Notes under the pieces: generated by a model
The model's database searches: none
What the model was told of the DNA's origin: nothing
What the model saw: only the letters and a program-made list of their open reading frames with translations
Part shown: piece by piece, positions 1 to 8,611 of the stretch
How the letters are laid out: every line of letters starts with the position of its first letter
How positions within the stretch are numbered: the first letter of the stretch is position 1
Source: Candidatus Hermodarchaeota archaeon
Lineage (GTDB): Archaea > Asgardarchaeota > Lokiarchaeia > Sigyniarchaeales > SOKP01
NCBI GenBank assembly: GCA_048885925.1
Contig: JBHLLG010000062.1
Location: 1-15,640, forward strand
Length of the DNA: 15,640 nt
Reading direction: 5' to 3'
Program-made: the position numbers and the translations under genes

Positions 1-819
1 TCTTCCTGTAAAAACATCCTCTAATAAATTACCTTTTGAAGGAATTCGGCCTTTTGGTAATCCTGAGGTTGGTAAAGTAAATCTAAAGAAATTTCCTACT
101 ATATCAGGCAAACTTTCGGTAACATCATCATCATTATCTGCTAATTTATCAGTTGCTCCCTTTTCAGAATGTTCAGTAGCAACTTCAATATTTCCCATAA
201 GAGTACCAAACATTCCTAACATCCTAATTCCAGAACGTTCTACAATTGGTTTGCAACCCCTACAAGGAGCATTGTAATCAATACATCGTTCTTTACATTC
301 TTTCGAGACAAAACCATTACAAAGATATCCTAGATCGTTAAAACAAGTTTCATAATCCTCTAATTCAATTTGACGTTTTACTTTTTCTAAATAATCACAT
401 GTTTTTCGCCGTCCGCATACTGTACAGAGATTCTTTAATTTTGGAATTTCATTACCATCAATTTCTAGTTTTAATTCCTCAATTTCACCTAAACAACCGT
501 TTATATTAATTGAATCTTCTATGAGTTTATTTAAGGGTGATACATCATGACCTTTTTGATTGGCAAGAGCAAAAATCCCTCCAGTTGTAGTACAGTTTCC
601 ATATGCAATTACTTTCTCTGAATGAGATTTGATTTTATCTAAAATTTGCATATTCTCTGGTAGTAAAAATCCAGTGATTATTGATACATCTGTTTTCTCT
701 TCTTTCCAATTTTCAGGATCTTGAATAAATTCAATATTATAATTTGATTCTCCCTTTAAAAGAATAGTTTCATTAAAACATTTATTGCATCCATTAAATT
801 GAAAAATTTTAACATCCAT
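1..819 (-). CDS. mvhG: MvhG/VhuG-like [NiFe]-hydrogenase group 3 small-subunit-like Fe-S protein (3' partial, runs off window)
   Basis: Not in the ORF track. Hand translation from ATG at 819 gives 273 open codons: MDVKIFQFNGCNKCF...VIAYGNCTTTGGIFAL...INGCLG...LCTVC...TCFNDLGYLCNG...ECKERCIDYNAPCRGC...LPDIVGNFFRFTLP. The Cys pattern matches MvhG. It overlaps the mvhD stop by 11 nt and has GAGGAGG upstream. Confidence 0.75.
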   Translation of the reverse strand, partial: MDVKIFQFNGCNKCFNETILLKGESNYNIEFIQDPENWKEEKTDVSIITGFLLPENMQILDKIKSHSEKVIAYGNCTTTGGIFALANQKGHDVSPLNKLIEDSININGCLGEIEELKLEIDGNEIPKLKNLCTVCGRRKTCDYLEKVKRQIELEDYETCFNDLGYLCNGFVSKECKERCIDYNAPCRGCKPIVERSGIRMLGMFGTLMGNIEVATEHSEKGATDKLADNDDDVTESLPDIVGNFFRFTLPTSGLPKGRIPSKGNLLEDVFTGR

Positions 820-1261
820 CTTTAAAAGTCCCCTCCTCTCTAATTGCAGTTGCTAATCGTTCTACAATATCCTCAAAATCTCCAACAGCTGTCTCTCCTT
901 CTGCAGCTCGAGATGTATATTGATTAACAAACTGATCACTATAACCTAATTCTTTAAATAATTTCTTCATTAATTTTATTCTATGCATTGATAAAATATT
1001 CCCATTAAAGAAATGGCATGCTCCTAAACAACAACCAACACACGCAACTGCATCTGCTCCGTTGCTTAAAGCATCCATAATCTGAATAGGACCAACTTGA
1101 CCAGTGCATTGTACTCGAATTATTCGAATTGCAGGATTATATGCCATTCGAGCTACACCAGCAGTGTTAGCCGAACCTTGTCCGCATTCATTACACATAA
1201 ATACTACAACATTTTCCATCTTTTCAAGTACTTCTGGTTCAATATATTCACATTCACTCAT
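809..1261 (-). CDS. mvhD: Hydrogenase iron-sulfur subunit MvhD/FlpD ([2Fe-2S])
   Basis: Motifs VFMCNEC, IRIIRVQCTGQV, GADAV, GCCLGACHF. Start placed at ATG 1261 (overlaps the hdrA stop; GGAGGTG about 12 nt upstream) rather than GTG 1282. Confidence 0.9.
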   Translation of the reverse strand: MSECEYIEPEVLEKMENVVVFMCNECGQGSANTAGVARMAYNPAIRIIRVQCTGQVGPIQIMDALSNGADAVACVGCCLGACHFFNGNILSMHRIKLMKKLFKELGYSDQFVNQYTSRAAEGETAVGDFEDIVERLATAIREEGTFKDGC

Positions 1262-3290
1262 TTTCGCATACAACACCTCCACCTGAAGTGGCGATTATTT
1301 CATCTAATAATTGGTCATCTCTAAAATTCAATAATTGTATTGCCCCTGTCGGACAAACAGGCATACACATCCCACATGATTTGCAGGCTATTTCATTAAC
1401 CATTGGAGTCCCATCATCATTTATTTCAATTGCAGCAGGAGCGCATATTGTCTTACATAATCCACATTTAACACATAGATCCAAATCTATGGAAGGTACT
1501 AACATTTCTTTTTCTATGTATCCCTTTACTAATGGAGCAGCTGCTAATGCTGCTGCATTTCCCGCATGGGCAACAGTTTCTGAGATATCTTTAGGTCCCT
1601 GAATGGCACCTGCTAGATAAATACCACCTTTACTACTTAAAGTAGGGTTCATTTTGATATGAAATTCTTTTAAGAATCCTTCCTTTGAACGAAGCACATG
1701 TAATTTAGATCCTAAAGGTCCAATTCCTTCAGGGGGCACCATTGCTGCGGATAGTACTACTAAATCTGAATGGAGTCTCAATGGAGTTTGACTCAATGTA
1801 TCTTCGACAATAACACTTAAATCACCTGAAACGGGATCTCTAAGAACTTCTGAAGGGCGTCCTCTAATGAATCTTACCCCAACTTCTTGTGCTGATTTAT
1901 ATAATTCTTCGAAATTTAATCCAGGTGTTCTAACATCAATATAACATATTGTAACATCTGCATTAGGATACATTTCTTTAACAATTCTTGCATTTTTTAT
2001 TGCAAACTTGCAACAAACACCTGTACAATATTGATTCCCAACTTGATCATTTCTACTCCCTACACATTGAATCATTACAATACTTTTTGGAAATTTTCCA
2101 TCTGAAGGACGTAAAACTTGACTATTTGTCAGGGAAGTTGGTGATAACATTCGCTCTAATTTAAGTTGTGTAATAACATCTTCATAACCCTCTTGCCCGT
2201 AATGATATGGCTCAATTTCAGTAGGATCATATTCATCATAACCTGCAGCAACTATTATTGAACCAACTTTAAAAATTTTAGTTTCAGATTCCATAGAAAA
2301 ATCAACAGCCTGTACAGGACAAATATTAATACAAGTATTACATTCAATACATGCCTTCTTATCCCTTACATAAGTTGCAGGTATTGCTTGTGGATATGCC
2401 TTGTATATTGCATTTCGCATTGACATGCCACTATCCCATTCATTTGGAATTTCAACTGGACAATGAGCAGCACATTCACCACATGAGGTACAGTTATCTT
2501 TTACATATCGAGGTTTGATTTCTATCTCAACTTCGAAATTTCCCATCGATCCGTCAACATTTTTAATCTGAGCGTTAGTATATAACTCTATTAATGGATG
2601 ATTCGCAACTCCATTTGTTAGAGGAGAGATTGAGCATTGTGGACATTCTAACGTCGGAAATGTTTTATTCAATTGTGTCATATGACCTCCAATTGTCGAA
2701 TTTCTTTCGACTAAGTAAACTGGAATACCCAACTCAGCCATATCATAAGCAGATCTGAGTCCTGCAATACCAGCACCTATTACTAGTGCAGCCTTAGTTG
2801 TTGGGATCTTCCTAGTTTCAACATCTTCTAATTTTCTTGCTCTATTAACTCCAGCTTCAACCAGTCTCATTGCTTTATTTGTTGCCTTTTCTTTTTGTTT
2901 TTGATGAACCCAACTACAGTATTCTCGTACGTTTACTTGCTGATGTTTATGCTTATTAAGACCCATCTCTTCAATTGCATTCGCAAATGTTCTTCCATGT
3001 TGATTTTTAGAACAAGATGCTACAACAGTGCGGTTAACTCCTAATTCTTCTATAGAATCTTTAACCATTTGAACTCCGGGTTTTGAACACATAAACATAT
3101 AATGTTCTGCTTTAACAACATTAGGTAATGTTGACGCATATTCAGCAACTTTAGTTACATCTACCGTTCCTGCAACATTGTGTCCACAATGACATACAAA
3201 CACTCCTATTCGTGGTTCATCATTCTCAGCGGCTACAACCTTTTCCCCTATACTTTTGGTTTCTTCTAACCTTTCTTCTTTTACGGTCAA
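1254..3290 (-). CDS. hdrA: Heterodisulfide reductase subunit A (FAD, Fe-S)
   Basis: RIGVFVCHCG, ALVIGAGIAG (FAD), KTFPTLECPQC, inserted 2x[4Fe-4S] (CTSCGEC..CP, CIECNTC..CP), IQCVGSR..YCTGVCC, and a C-terminal ferredoxin pair. TTG start with GAGGAGG RBS. Confidence 0.96.
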   Translation of the reverse strand: MTVKEERLEETKSIGEKVVAAENDEPRIGVFVCHCGHNVAGTVDVTKVAEYASTLPNVVKAEHYMFMCSKPGVQMVKDSIEELGVNRTVVASCSKNQHGRTFANAIEEMGLNKHKHQQVNVREYCSWVHQKQKEKATNKAMRLVEAGVNRARKLEDVETRKIPTTKAALVIGAGIAGLRSAYDMAELGIPVYLVERNSTIGGHMTQLNKTFPTLECPQCSISPLTNGVANHPLIELYTNAQIKNVDGSMGNFEVEIEIKPRYVKDNCTSCGECAAHCPVEIPNEWDSGMSMRNAIYKAYPQAIPATYVRDKKACIECNTCINICPVQAVDFSMESETKIFKVGSIIVAAGYDEYDPTEIEPYHYGQEGYEDVITQLKLERMLSPTSLTNSQVLRPSDGKFPKSIVMIQCVGSRNDQVGNQYCTGVCCKFAIKNARIVKEMYPNADVTICYIDVRTPGLNFEELYKSAQEVGVRFIRGRPSEVLRDPVSGDLSVIVEDTLSQTPLRLHSDLVVLSAAMVPPEGIGPLGSKLHVLRSKEGFLKEFHIKMNPTLSSKGGIYLAGAIQGPKDISETVAHAGNAAALAAAPLVKGYIEKEMLVPSIDLDLCVKCGLCKTICAPAAIEINDDGTPMVNEIACKSCGMCMPVCPTGAIQLLNFRDDQLLDEIIATSGGGVVCENE

Positions 3291-3291
3291 C

Positions 3292-4209
3292 TTATATAGC
3301 CTCCTCTTCTTTCTTTATTTCTACTCCTCCAAAAATGTAATTCTTTCCCATTAATTGATATTGTAACCCTATGAATTCTTGGTCCATACCCATACAATAA
3401 GCAGTTAGTTGAGAAAGATGAATTACTGGATAATCGTAATTACAGCTCTTATTTTTATTTAAATAATCTTGTCCAGTTTCATATTGCAAATGACAAAATG
3501 GACAAATATCCAATATAAAATCTGGTTTTACTTCATCAATATTTTTCATCTTTTCTGCGAAAATTGTCATACTTGCATTACCATCATAAGCTTTAACACC
3601 ACCTCCAGCTCCACAGCAGGTAAGTTGTTCATTGAATCGTACAGATTCAATTCCTAAAACTTCAACAAATTCTTCAATAATTGTTGGTCCTTCCGAACTT
3701 TCAATTTCTCTAATTCTTGTAGGCTTCAGAAAATGACAACCATAATGTATCGCAGCTTTAGCATTTACTTTTCTAACAATTAAATCTTCTATACCCCAGG
3801 GTCCAACCTCATAACCTAAAACTTCAGCAACATGCCGAACATTAATAGTTCCCTTAAATTCATAATTTCCAATGAGTTTTAATCTTTCATTTACCATATT
3901 ACGATGATCTTCATTTTCTTTTAAGTGCTTATTAACTTCTTGAAGAGTTCCAAAACATCCATTACATACTGTCAAAATATCTGCGTCTAATTGTTCTGCA
4001 ATACATAGATTTCTAGCCGCAGCAACCATCCAATCAACTTTATTAAAAGATCGGAAAACTCCGGGTGCTGGACAACAAGTTGCTCTTTCCATATCTAAAA
4101 TTTCGTATCCTAACTTTTTCATTACAAATTTCGTTGATTTTTCAATTGCAGGGTATCGATTGGGCATAATACACCCTAAGAAGAAAGCAAATGTGTTTTC
4201 TTTAACCAT
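3292..4209 (-). CDS. hdrB: Heterodisulfide reductase subunit B (two CCG domains)
   Basis: FLGC, TCCPAPG, TVCNGC, HYGCH, TCCGAGGG, ICPFCHLQ: the non-cubane cluster ligands are present. Confidence 0.96.
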   Translation of the reverse strand: MVKENTFAFFLGCIMPNRYPAIEKSTKFVMKKLGYEILDMERATCCPAPGVFRSFNKVDWMVAAARNLCIAEQLDADILTVCNGCFGTLQEVNKHLKENEDHRNMVNERLKLIGNYEFKGTINVRHVAEVLGYEVGPWGIEDLIVRKVNAKAAIHYGCHFLKPTRIREIESSEGPTIIEEFVEVLGIESVRFNEQLTCCGAGGGVKAYDGNASMTIFAEKMKNIDEVKPDFILDICPFCHLQYETGQDYLNKNKSCNYDYPVIHLSQLTAYCMGMDQEFIGLQYQLMGKNYIFGGVEIKKEEEAI

Positions 4210-4212
4210 ATT

Positions 4213-4770
4213 TTATTTCTCCTCCTCTTCCTTTTTCTCCTTCTTAACCGGAGGTAAATCGAACAAATGTTCTTCAATATTTTTTAAATCTTTATCATCC
4301 CCCTCTTGTTTAAATTTAAACGCAGTAGGAGGTAATTCTTCTAATCCTAATTCTACTCTTCGTTTTCTTACTTCATCATTTATCGGTACGGCATGTCCAA
4401 AATTTTTCAAATATCCTACAACAGCTCTATGATTAGGAGAAATATTTCCTAATTTTGTGGCATAATTTCTTAATTCCATTATTACATCTGTAGGTCTTAC
4501 ATCACGCGGACATCGTTCGTAACACTGATAACATGTGGTACATAACCAAATATCAGGATCTTTTAATACCGATAAATCTCCTAAAACTACTTTTCTCACA
4601 ATTGAACGTGTTTTTAAAGCAGTCCATCTCCCACTTTCACAGCTCGCTGTGCATGTTCCGCATTGGATGCACTGCCAAATATTTGATTTTCTTTCTATAT
4701 TTTTAAAAAAATCTTTATCAAAATCTACATCCGTTTTATATTCACGGTGTTGTTCTTTTACATCAGACAT
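4213..4770 (-). CDS. hdrC: Heterodisulfide reductase subunit C
   Basis: CIQCGTCTASC and IWLCTTCYQCYERCPR motifs, GHAVPIN; adjacent to hdrB. Confidence 0.95.
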   Translation of the reverse strand: MSDVKEQHREYKTDVDFDKDFFKNIERKSNIWQCIQCGTCTASCESGRWTALKTRSIVRKVVLGDLSVLKDPDIWLCTTCYQCYERCPRDVRPTDVIMELRNYATKLGNISPNHRAVVGYLKNFGHAVPINDEVRKRRVELGLEELPPTAFKFKQEGDDKDLKNIEEHLFDLPPVKKEKKEEEEK

Positions 4771-4792
4771 TAATCATCACTCTTTTTTGATT

Positions 4793-4809
4793 AAAAAATA
4801 AAAAAAAAA
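4793..4809 (-). terminator. Possible oligo-T terminator or attenuator between dsrE2-like gene and hdrC
   Basis: Long T tract on the minus strand just after the stop at 4827. Archaeal intrinsic terminators are oligo-T, but the DNA is AT-rich generally. Confidence 0.3.
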
Positions 4810-4826
4810 TATTATTTTATTTTAAA

Positions 4827-5249
4827 TTATAATGAAACTATTTGTCCACTATTGCTCATTTCTAAAAATGAAGCAGCTCCAACAGGTTCTTCTACCCAAT
4901 CAAGTAAATCTTCTCTTTTTATCCCCATTAAATCCATTGTCATTTGACATGGATATAACTTCAAATTACCACTTTCTACTCCGTCCTTAATCAATTGCAT
5001 AGGGTCGTCAATTCCGAATTTTTTCATCCTTTTTCTAAATATCTTTGCTCCCATACCTTTCATAGGAGTAGGCATTCCAGCAACCTTAGGCTTAAATTTT
5101 TTGGTTAATAGATTTAAACCCCAAAAAGTAAAGAAAAAATTCATTTTCATATCCATAGCGTCACCTGTTGAACCAAGGATAGCCATCATTGCGAACTTTT
5201 CGAATGATTTATCCTTTACAATAAAATTTACTGTTCCGTTTTCAGGCAC
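4827..5249 (-). CDS. DsrE2/DrsE-like (DsrE/DsrF family) sulfurtransferase
   Basis: FFFTFWGLNLL and YPCQMTMDLMGI with the conserved Cys, GAASFLE. Start placed at GTG 5249 after an AGGTGA RBS (ORF track start 5258). Confidence 0.85.
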   Translation of the reverse strand: MPENGTVNFIVKDKSFEKFAMMAILGSTGDAMDMKMNFFFTFWGLNLLTKKFKPKVAGMPTPMKGMGAKIFRKRMKKFGIDDPMQLIKDGVESGNLKLYPCQMTMDLMGIKREDLLDWVEEPVGAASFLEMSNSGQIVSL

Positions 5250-5295
5250 ATATATCACCTTTTTTTTCTGTTTTTGTATTTTTATGTTAATTTTC

Positions 5296-5325
5296 TCTGA
5301 CTTCAGTCAGAATTTTTTTTATAAA
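5296..5325 (-). promoter_or_regulatory. Putative internal promoter (TTTATAAA) followed by a perfect palindrome TCTGACT-N2-AGTCAGA
   Basis: 7-bp perfect inverted repeat at 5296-5311. TATA-like box at 5325-5318 on the minus strand, preceded by an A-rich BRE-like tract. Confidence 0.45.
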
Positions 5326-5350
5326 TTTTTAATTATAATTGTTGATTTTA

Positions 5351-5692
5351 TTACATCCAAGAGATTAGTTTTGGCGTTGTATCCAAAATATCTACAAGAT
5401 CATCATATTCAATAAGTCTAACCTTTTCACTAATGTATTCAAGAGCAATACCACGTGCTTTTAAATCAGGTATCATTGCAAATATAATGACGTTTACGTC
5501 AAGAAGGTCTTCCATTTGCTTAGGAATTCTTCCTTTAGTTGTAATACCAATCACTCCGTCATGAATCAAGACTATTCCAATGTTAGAATTCTTTTTTTTC
5601 TGTGATTTTAAAATCGGTAATAATCTTTCCAAATGAGTCCCTGTATTACTACTGTATCCAAATAAATAAACCACATCAAGAGTCTCTACCAT
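5351..5692 (-). CDS. dsrH: DsrH/TusB family sulfur relay protein
   Basis: IVLIHDGV, DLKARGI and C-terminal ISW; third gene in an E-F-H order. Confidence 0.85.
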   Translation of the reverse strand: MVETLDVVYLFGYSSNTGTHLERLLPILKSQKKKNSNIGIVLIHDGVIGITTKGRIPKQMEDLLDVNVIIFAMIPDLKARGIALEYISEKVRLIEYDDLVDILDTTPKLISWM

Positions 5693-5707
5693 TATTTCTA
5701 CACCTCG

Positions 5708-6076
5708 TTAAAACCTAAAACATGTATTAGCGTCTTCAATTAGTTCTATTAACTCATCAAAATTAATGATTTTTAAATTTTCATATTCAATTAAGTCTTC
5801 TTTTGTTAAGCCTGCGTCATATAAAGATGAATCTATTACATAAAGCTCCAAATCAGATAAATCTGCCATTTCAAGAACCTCATTCATTGAATCCATTCCA
5901 ACAGCTTCCGGAAAAGCATTTTTACTTAGTAAATAAACCGCATCTCCCATAAATACTATTTTACATTCAATATATTCTCCAAGTGCTACAAAACCAGAAC
6001 CAATCCTAATTGCTTCTGCTGCGGAATTCTTTCCAATGGGTGATTGATCACTTATTATCAAAACGGATTCTATCAT
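5708..6076 (-). CDS. dsrF: DsrF/TusC-like (DsrE family) protein
   Basis: SPIG..AAEAIR, VFMGDAVY, LYVIDSSL..GL; lies between the DsrE-like and DsrH-like genes. Confidence 0.8.
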   Translation of the reverse strand: MIESVLIISDQSPIGKNSAAEAIRIGSGFVALGEYIECKIVFMGDAVYLLSKNAFPEAVGMDSMNEVLEMADLSDLELYVIDSSLYDAGLTKEDLIEYENLKIINFDELIELIEDANTCFRF

Positions 6077-6081
6077 TTTTC

Positions 6082-6450
6082 TTAAAACCCCGCTCCAAAT
6101 ACAATTATTTTATCTGACTCAATTGCCCAATTTGAAAAGTCCCCTAAACCTTCTTCAGTTGCGCCCTCAATAAAATCTTGTTGCTTTAATCCCGTTATAC
6201 TAACCCATGTACTGCAACCAGCAGCTGGGATATTATTTTCTAAGCAAAATTGTTGGATCTTATTTGGCATATTCCTAATAGATGTACCACAGCTAATATC
6301 CTTCTTAAGATTGTAAACCCCTGTTCCAAAGAAAAAAATTCCTCTAATTTTATTTCCCTTTTTTATCATTGCTTTACCAATTTCGATCAATGAATCTACT
6401 GCTTCAAACTTATATGGCTCTGTACTTACAAAGAAAGTATAAGTCGTCAT
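6082..6450 (-). CDS. dsrE: DsrE/TusD-like sulfurtransferase
   Basis: EPY, GIFFFGTGVYN, AAGCSTW (Cys at the position of the DsrE/TusD active Cys78), GLGDF. Confidence 0.82.
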   Translation of the reverse strand: MTTYTFFVSTEPYKFEAVDSLIEIGKAMIKKGNKIRGIFFFGTGVYNLKKDISCGTSIRNMPNKIQQFCLENNIPAAGCSTWVSITGLKQQDFIEGATEEGLGDFSNWAIESDKIIVFGAGF

Positions 6451-6480
6451 AGCTTTGCCGAACCTCTAAAAACTCGTTAT

Positions 6481-6705
6481 TTATGCTTTTTTAATTACAA
6501 AGATTAAATTTCCATTATCTTCTCGAAGTTCTAATAATTCATCGCCTAACTTATTAAGTAATGCTGGAATATCGTTTTTAGCACCAATATCATCCGCAAT
6601 TACTTCTATGACTTGTCCTGGAGTTAAATTTCTTAATTCTTTTTTAGTCTTTAAAACCGGCATAGGACATTTCAAGCCAGTAAAATCAAAAGTTTTTTCA
6701 GCCAT
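6481..6705 (-). CDS. tusA: TusA family sulfur carrier
   Basis: DFTGLKCPMPVL (CPxP motif), GQVIEVIADD..AKNDIP. Likely start is ATG 6705 (ORF track start 6714). Confidence 0.93.
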   Translation of the reverse strand: MAEKTFDFTGLKCPMPVLKTKKELRNLTPGQVIEVIADDIGAKNDIPALLNKLGDELLELREDNGNLIFVIKKA

Positions 6706-6714
6706 TTTTTTCAC

Positions 6715-6973
6715 TTTTTTATTTTGTTTTTTAAACTTTTTTATATCTTTTTGTTTACATTTAATGAATAATTTAATATTTAATATTACAAATGTAAACT
6801 AATATTTAAAGTTACCATAGATGTTATAAAAGTATTTATAAAGGACAAGCACAAATAGATATAAATATTTATAAAAAGATATCACGAAGCAAAAGTTTAT
6901 ATTAATTTTATCATATTAATAAGTAAGGAAGTTGAAATTAGTAATTTCAATAATTAGAAATTTGAAATAAATT
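6715..6973. promoter_or_regulatory. Divergent promoter region tusA/lrp with TATA-like boxes and palindromes
   Basis: AAAAG-TTTATATT (BRE/TATA-like) at about 6891-6903. Perfect 9-1-9 palindrome TTGAAATTA-G-TAATTTCAA at 6932-6950. 10-bp inverted repeat GTTTACATTT/AAATGTAAAC at 6753-6762 and 6790-6799. Confidence 0.55.
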
Positions 6974-7441
6974 ATGACAGAAACGATAGAACTAGATGAA
7001 TTGGATAAGCAAATACTTAGTATTCTTCAAAATAATGCTAAGGCTTCACTTCGTGACATTGAAAGAGAGATACAATTAACTCCAACATCTATAAGGATGC
7101 GTATTAACCGTTTGAAAGAAAAAAAAGTAATAAAACAATATGTAACTCTTATAGATTGTCGTTATTTAGGATATGATGAGATGGTAATGGCATCTCTTCG
7201 AGTGAATTCATCATTCCCTTTAGATGATATTAAGAGAAAATTAGAACTCCTGGATAAGATAAAATATGCTTATATAATTACTGGTGAATATCCTCTATTT
7301 ATTATGGCAAAATGTATGAATCATCAAGATTCTATGGATCTTATAGAAAAACTTCGCAACCTTCCAGGAGTAGAGGAAGTAAAGACTCAAATTGTATTGG
7401 ATAAAATTAAAGAAGATCCCTCTGTTATTATTCCTAAATAG
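6974..7441 (+). CDS. Lrp/AsnC family transcriptional regulator (full length)
   Basis: LDELDKQILSILQNNAKASLRDI HTH, RINRL..KKVIK.Y, LGY linker, C-terminal RAM domain with TGEY and LPGVEEVKTQIVL. Confidence 0.95.
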   Translation: MTETIELDELDKQILSILQNNAKASLRDIEREIQLTPTSIRMRINRLKEKKVIKQYVTLIDCRYLGYDEMVMASLRVNSSFPLDDIKRKLELLDKIKYAYIITGEYPLFIMAKCMNHQDSMDLIEKLRNLPGVEEVKTQIVLDKIKEDPSVIIPK

Positions 7442-7443
7442 GC

Positions 7444-7524
7444 CTTTCTCCTTTTTATTATTAGAACTATTATGCTGATTATTACAATTCCAGCAATAGA
7501 TATACTTATGATAAGTAAATCATA
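7444..7524 (-). pseudogene. Remnant C-terminal membrane anchor (Loki-CTERM-like) of a deleted convergent surface-protein gene
   Basis: Minus strand reads YDLLIISISIAGIVIISIIVLIIKRRK (TM helix plus basic tail). No start codon; TAA immediately upstream where lrp copy 1 begins. Confidence 0.55.
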
Positions 7525-7736
7525 TTAAATCTAAGATTGAAAAAATGGAGAAGATAAAATATACATATATAATTACTGGAGAATATCCTTTATTCCTTAT
7601 GGCAAAATGTTTAGATCATTCAGATTCTATGGGCTTTATAGAAACACTACGTAATCTTCTTGGAGTTGAGGAAGTTAAAACTGAAATTGTTTTAGACCGA
7701 ATAAAAGAAGATCATTCCATTATTATTCCTGAGTAG
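7521..7736 (+). pseudogene. lrp 3'-end copy 1 (partial RAM domain)
   Basis: HIKSKIEKMEKIKYTYIITGEYPLFLMAKC...KEDHSIIIPE*; homologous to the C-terminus of 6974-7441, with no HTH. Confidence 0.85.
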
Positions 7737-8018
7737 GGTCTCTGTACCTTAATCCCATTGGCAAATACACTTCTATACAAAGCTGTCTAATATAATTATA
7801 GAGCCTGTAAAATAAACTTCACTTAGATTTTACTAGGATTTAATTGAAAGACTTAAAAAACTCCTAATCTTGTTAAATCTGTACTATCCTTTCTATTAAA
7901 CGTATCTATTTCAAAAATCTTCCTTGATCTTCTCCTCAAGTACTTCTCTAAATTGCTTGACCATCATGATAAGGATATTATTATTTTGTAGTTTAAATTA
8001 ATAGTATCAAAATATCTT

Positions 8019-8486
8019 CTAAAAAACATCAAAATCTTCTGGGAAGCGTCCTTGTGGTCTCCATTCTATATCCTTTGCAGTAAGAGCGTAGATTTGGTTG
8101 TATAAATCCTTAATATCAAATTTAAAATCAACAAGATCAAATTTTTTTTTATTCACAATAAATTCGATTTTATTATTTTTCCAGTTACCAGATTTTATTT
8201 CATACAAAATACCAAATAGTACTTCGTCAATCTTTGGAATTTCACCTATATACTCCTCAATATAGCAGTTAATTTTATATAGATCTGAATTAAATCCTTC
8301 AATATCACACCCAAGTTCATATTTTTCGAAATGTAACCTATGTTGTTTTCCAGATCTCACTAATTCAATGCCTTCTAAAAGCTCAGGTTCGTGAAAATTT
8401 TCGGCAAATTTTTCAAGAGAATCGAGAAATGGATCCAATCCAGATTTATCAGTTAAGGCTCGTATTCTTGCGTCGTAATTAGTCAT
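8019..8486 (-). CDS. Hypothetical protein (155 aa, acidic)
   Basis: Clean ATG-started ORF with an AT-rich upstream region; no recognised motif. Confidence 0.7.
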   Translation of the reverse strand: MTNYDARIRALTDKSGLDPFLDSLEKFAENFHEPELLEGIELVRSGKQHRLHFEKYELGCDIEGFNSDLYKINCYIEEYIGEIPKIDEVLFGILYEIKSGNWKNNKIEFIVNKKKFDLVDFKFDIKDLYNQIYALTAKDIEWRPQGRFPEDFDVF

Positions 8487-8611
8487 TATTATAATTAGTA
8501 ATAATATCTAAATAAACTATTTTTTTTAAAAAAAAAAAATAACAATTATTAAATCTAAAAAAATTCGATATGATTTAATATGAACTGAAAAAATAATTAA
8601 GGCTTTTAGAA

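Noticed and set aside
809-3290. Selenocysteine recoding in HdrA/MvhD, known in some Lokiarchaeia and methanogens
   Set aside because: No in-frame TGA: the relevant positions are Cys codons (TLECPQC; CNEC, GCCLGACH), and the terminal TGA of hdrA falls at the normal C-terminus.
1097-6802. Plus-strand ORFs 1097-1324, 1104-1286, 1288-1602, 3469-3657, 4160-4432, 4535-4801, 5101-5415, 6608-6802
   Set aside because: Antisense shadows of well-supported minus-strand genes, with no recognisable motifs.
7740-7970. Short minus-strand frames (MMVKQFREVLEEKIKEDF*) resembling the lrp KIKED motif
   Set aside because: Only a 5-aa match in the opposite orientation with no flanking similarity. It may be a decayed gene remnant, but I cannot support that.
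8520-8539. T-run/A-run inverted repeat
   Set aside because: Homopolymer symmetry expected in AT-rich intergenic DNA.
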